From an uncultured Chloroflexia bacterium (lineage in GTDB: Bacteria; Chloroflexota; Anaerolineae; CG2-30-64-16), in NCBI GenBank assembly GCA_963774265.1, contig CAVZDU010000006.1:192001-256000 (forward strand): a stretch of DNA of 64,000 bases, read 5' to 3'. Position numbers and translations under genes: made by a program. This document shows, in pieces, positions 61,858 to 64,000 of this stretch (its first letter is position 1; the number at the start of each line of letters is the position of its first letter). A model generated the notes under the pieces. That model saw only the letters and a list, made by a program, of their open reading frames with translations, was not told where the DNA came from and made no database searches.

Positions 61858-62793
61858 AGTGCACCCACCGCCGCTGCATGACGGTTCTGGATCAAGCGTA
61901 AAGCCGAAGATGAAGATGAACAGGAACCAGGCGATGGCCGACGCCTTGCCCATGCGGGTGTAGCGGAAGGCGTTGTCGATAGATGTATTGCACGACCGGC
62001 ATGGATGACTGCGCCGGGCCGCCGTTCGTCATGACGAATGGCTCGGTGAAGAGCTGGAACGCGCCGATGGTCTGGAGGATGAACAGGAAAAAGGTCGTCG
62101 GGCTGATCATCGGCACGGTCACGTTGCGAAAGCGCTGCCAGGCGCCTGGCGCCGTCCACGTGCGCGGCATCGTACAGTTCCGGGGCACGCCCTGCAGCGC
62201 GGCCAGGTAGACGACCATGGTGAACCCGGTGTTCTTCCACAGCGTCAGGAGCACGACCGACCACTTGGAGTACCGGGTGCTGCCGAGCAAATCGGGCAGG
62301 CTCAAAGGCAAACCAAGCAGCCCGCCAAACCACGAGACCGCATCTGCCAGCGGCCCGTTGCGGGCGAGCAGCGATGCGGAACACGATCGCGCCGGCGACG
62401 ATGGTGGTGACGACGGGCAGGAAGTAGACCAGCCGGAAGAAATTCAGTCCCGCGGATCGCCTGGTTCAACGCAACGCCATCACCAGCCCCAGGGCAAGCT
62501 GCAGGGGCACGATGGTGACGATATAGAACACGGTGTTGCTGCAGGTCCGCCAGAAGACCGGGTCGCGCAGCAGCTCGCGGTAGTTGGCAAGTCCCGCGAA
62601 GCCCTTCGGGCCGGTCAGGCCCCAATCCAGGAAGCTGATGCTCAAGCGACGCGCCGACGGCCAGGAAGACGAAGAGCAGGAAGCCGAGCAGGCTGGGAAG
62701 GATGAACAGATAGCGCCTCCCATTGCTGGTCGGGGCGCCAGCGAAAGGGGTTGCGCCGGGAGGCTGCGGCAGGAATCGGTATGGTGTTGTCAT
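61844..62793 (-). CDS. Carbohydrate ABC transporter permease (MalF-like), heavily frameshifted
   Basis: YLFILPS, FAGLANY, WKNTGFTMVVYLAALQGVP, FRNVTVPMISP, MTNGGP, ends QRRWVHYETE. Confidence 0.8.
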
Positions 62794-62820
62794 GGCGATG
62801 TATTGCGATGATCAAGTGAC

Positions 62821-62846
62821 AGGGGCGACCGGCCGGTCGCCCCTAC
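62821..62846 (-). repeat. GTAG-type REP element
   Basis: Reverse complement GTAGGGGCGACCGGCCGGTCGCCCCT; same family as 10191-10262. Confidence 0.75.
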
Positions 62847-62869
62847 CGACGTTACCGTCTCTCATATCC

Positions 62870-64000
62870 CTACTTCTTCGGGAATCCCTTATCCTTCAGG
62901 AACTGATCGACCTGCTTGCACAGGTCGGGCAGACGCGTCCGTCGGCCATCACTTCGCCGGTCCAGATGCGCTCCAGCCCGGGCTGAATGATGGAACCGTC
63001 CAGCTCGTCCCACTCGGGGAAGTAGCCGAAGCCGCCCACGGCCGAGGACGCCGCCTCGTCGATGATCGCCTTCTTGTTGGCCGGCGGCTGATCGGTCATG
63101 AACGCTGGCGAGTTGGCCACCGACTGCAGTGCCGGGAAGATCTCGCCACGCTCCGTGTAGAGCTTCTCGCCGCCATCCGTGCTCTGCAGCCACTGCAGGA
63201 AGGTCCAGGCCGCGTCCTTGTTGTCGCTCTTGGCGCTCATCACCCAGCGCGGCGCCACCGGCCGTATTCCAGCGCTTGCCGCCCTTGGGAATCGGCACGA
63301 CGGCCACGTCGTAGTTCATCTTGGCCTTGTTGAAAGCCGAGACGCGGCTGGTGTTCTGGATGATCATGGCCGCCTGGCCGCTCTGGAACGCGCCCGCGTC
63401 GCCGCCGGCCTGGTTCAGGTCGGCATCGCGCATGGCATAGCCCTTCGCCATCATGTCTGCGAAGAACGTCGACCGCCTCGACCGATTTCGGATCAGCCAG
63501 CATGCATTTGCGACGGGTTGCGCATGTCGTCGAGGATGGCGCCGCCGTTCTGGTTGACCCACTTGTCGTACTTGCCGTTGTTCTCCATGGCCAGCGCGTA
63601 CTGCGTGACCTTGCCGCTGGCATCCTTGACCGTCAGCTTCTCGGCCGCGGCCAGCAGGTCGTCCCAGGTCCAGTTCTCGTCGGGATACTTGACGCCGGCC
63701 TTGTCGAAGAGGTCCTTGTTGTAGTACAGGATGTTGACTTCGATGTCGCGCGGCAGGCCGTAGACGCTGCCGTTGTACTTGGCAGATTCCAGCAGCCCCG
63801 GCCAGTAGTCGTTCAGATCGTAGCCGGACTTCTGGATGTACGGATCCAGGTTCTCCAGCACGCCTTCGGCCGCGTACTTGGGCGTCGGCCACAGGAACGC
63901 GATGTCGGGGATCGTCTTCGAGTCGCCGCTGGCCCACAGCGCCTGGATCTTGGTGAAATAGTCGTCCCAGGGCTCGTTCCAGGTCTCGACCTTGATCTCC
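62870..64000 (-). CDS. Sugar ABC transporter substrate-binding protein, partial and frameshifted
   Basis: YNGSVYGLP...LYYNKDLFDKAGV..P..WTWDD, FQSGQAAM, AAWTFLQWL. Confidence 0.85.
   Translation of the reverse strand, partial: GDQGRDLERALGRLFHQDPGAVGQRRLEDDPRHRVPVADAQVRGRRRAGEPGSVHPEVRLRSERLLAGAAGICQVQRQRLRPAARHRSQHPVLQQGPLRQGRRQVSRRELDLGRPAGRGREADGQGCQRQGHAVRAGHGEQRQVRQVGQPERRRHPRRHAQPVANACWLIRNRSRRSTFFADMMAKGYAMRDADLNQAGGDAGAFQSGQAAMIIQNTSRVSAFNKAKMNYDVAVVPIPKGGKRWNTAGGAALGDERQERQQGRGLDLPAVAAEHGWRREALHGAWRDLPGTAVGGQLASVHDRSAAGQQEGDHRRGGVLGRGRLRLLPRVGRAGRFHHSARAGAHLDRRSDGRRTRLPDLCKQVDQFLKDKGFPKK

Overview
High-GC bacterial genomic window. Gene content and repeat types suggest Chloroflexota/Anaerolineae (inference). 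Many long genes are split by 1-bp indels, probably long-read errors, and these become denser towards 61-64 kb. 1-23.7 kb: an array of four large STAND/AAA-ATPase-TPR regulators interleaved with small enzymes (glycosyltransferase, SnoaL-like proteins, methyltransferase, oxidoreductase, SulP). One regulator is LuxR-type; the other three share a near-identical ~790-bp Ser/Thr kinase module, and one of these also carries a SARP/BTAD domain. 23.7-38.4 kb: acetate kinase, S9 peptidase, a P450 with an in-frame palindromic insertion, and a kinase / FHA-FHA-ABC / pseudokinase-TPR module. 38.4-50.4 kb: small enzymes, a type II-like restriction-modification pair, a SWIM protein and a HypD-like glycyl radical enzyme with its activase. 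50.6-54.5 kb holds the most notable feature, a four-gene operon in which every protein carries a copy of the same ~100-aa helical effector-associated-like domain: two EAD1+EAD-X bipartite adaptors, a catalytically dead metallopeptidase+beta-sandwich+EAD-X protein, and an EAD-X+trypsin protease. This resembles a bacterial death-fold-style adaptor/protease cascade with no NTPase in the operon. 54.6-64 kb: HAD hydrolase, GH13 enzyme, GerW-like pair, a methyltransferase-nucleotidyltransferase fusion, YbjQ, DinB and a sugar ABC transporter. No rRNA, tRNA, CRISPR array or transposase was recognised.
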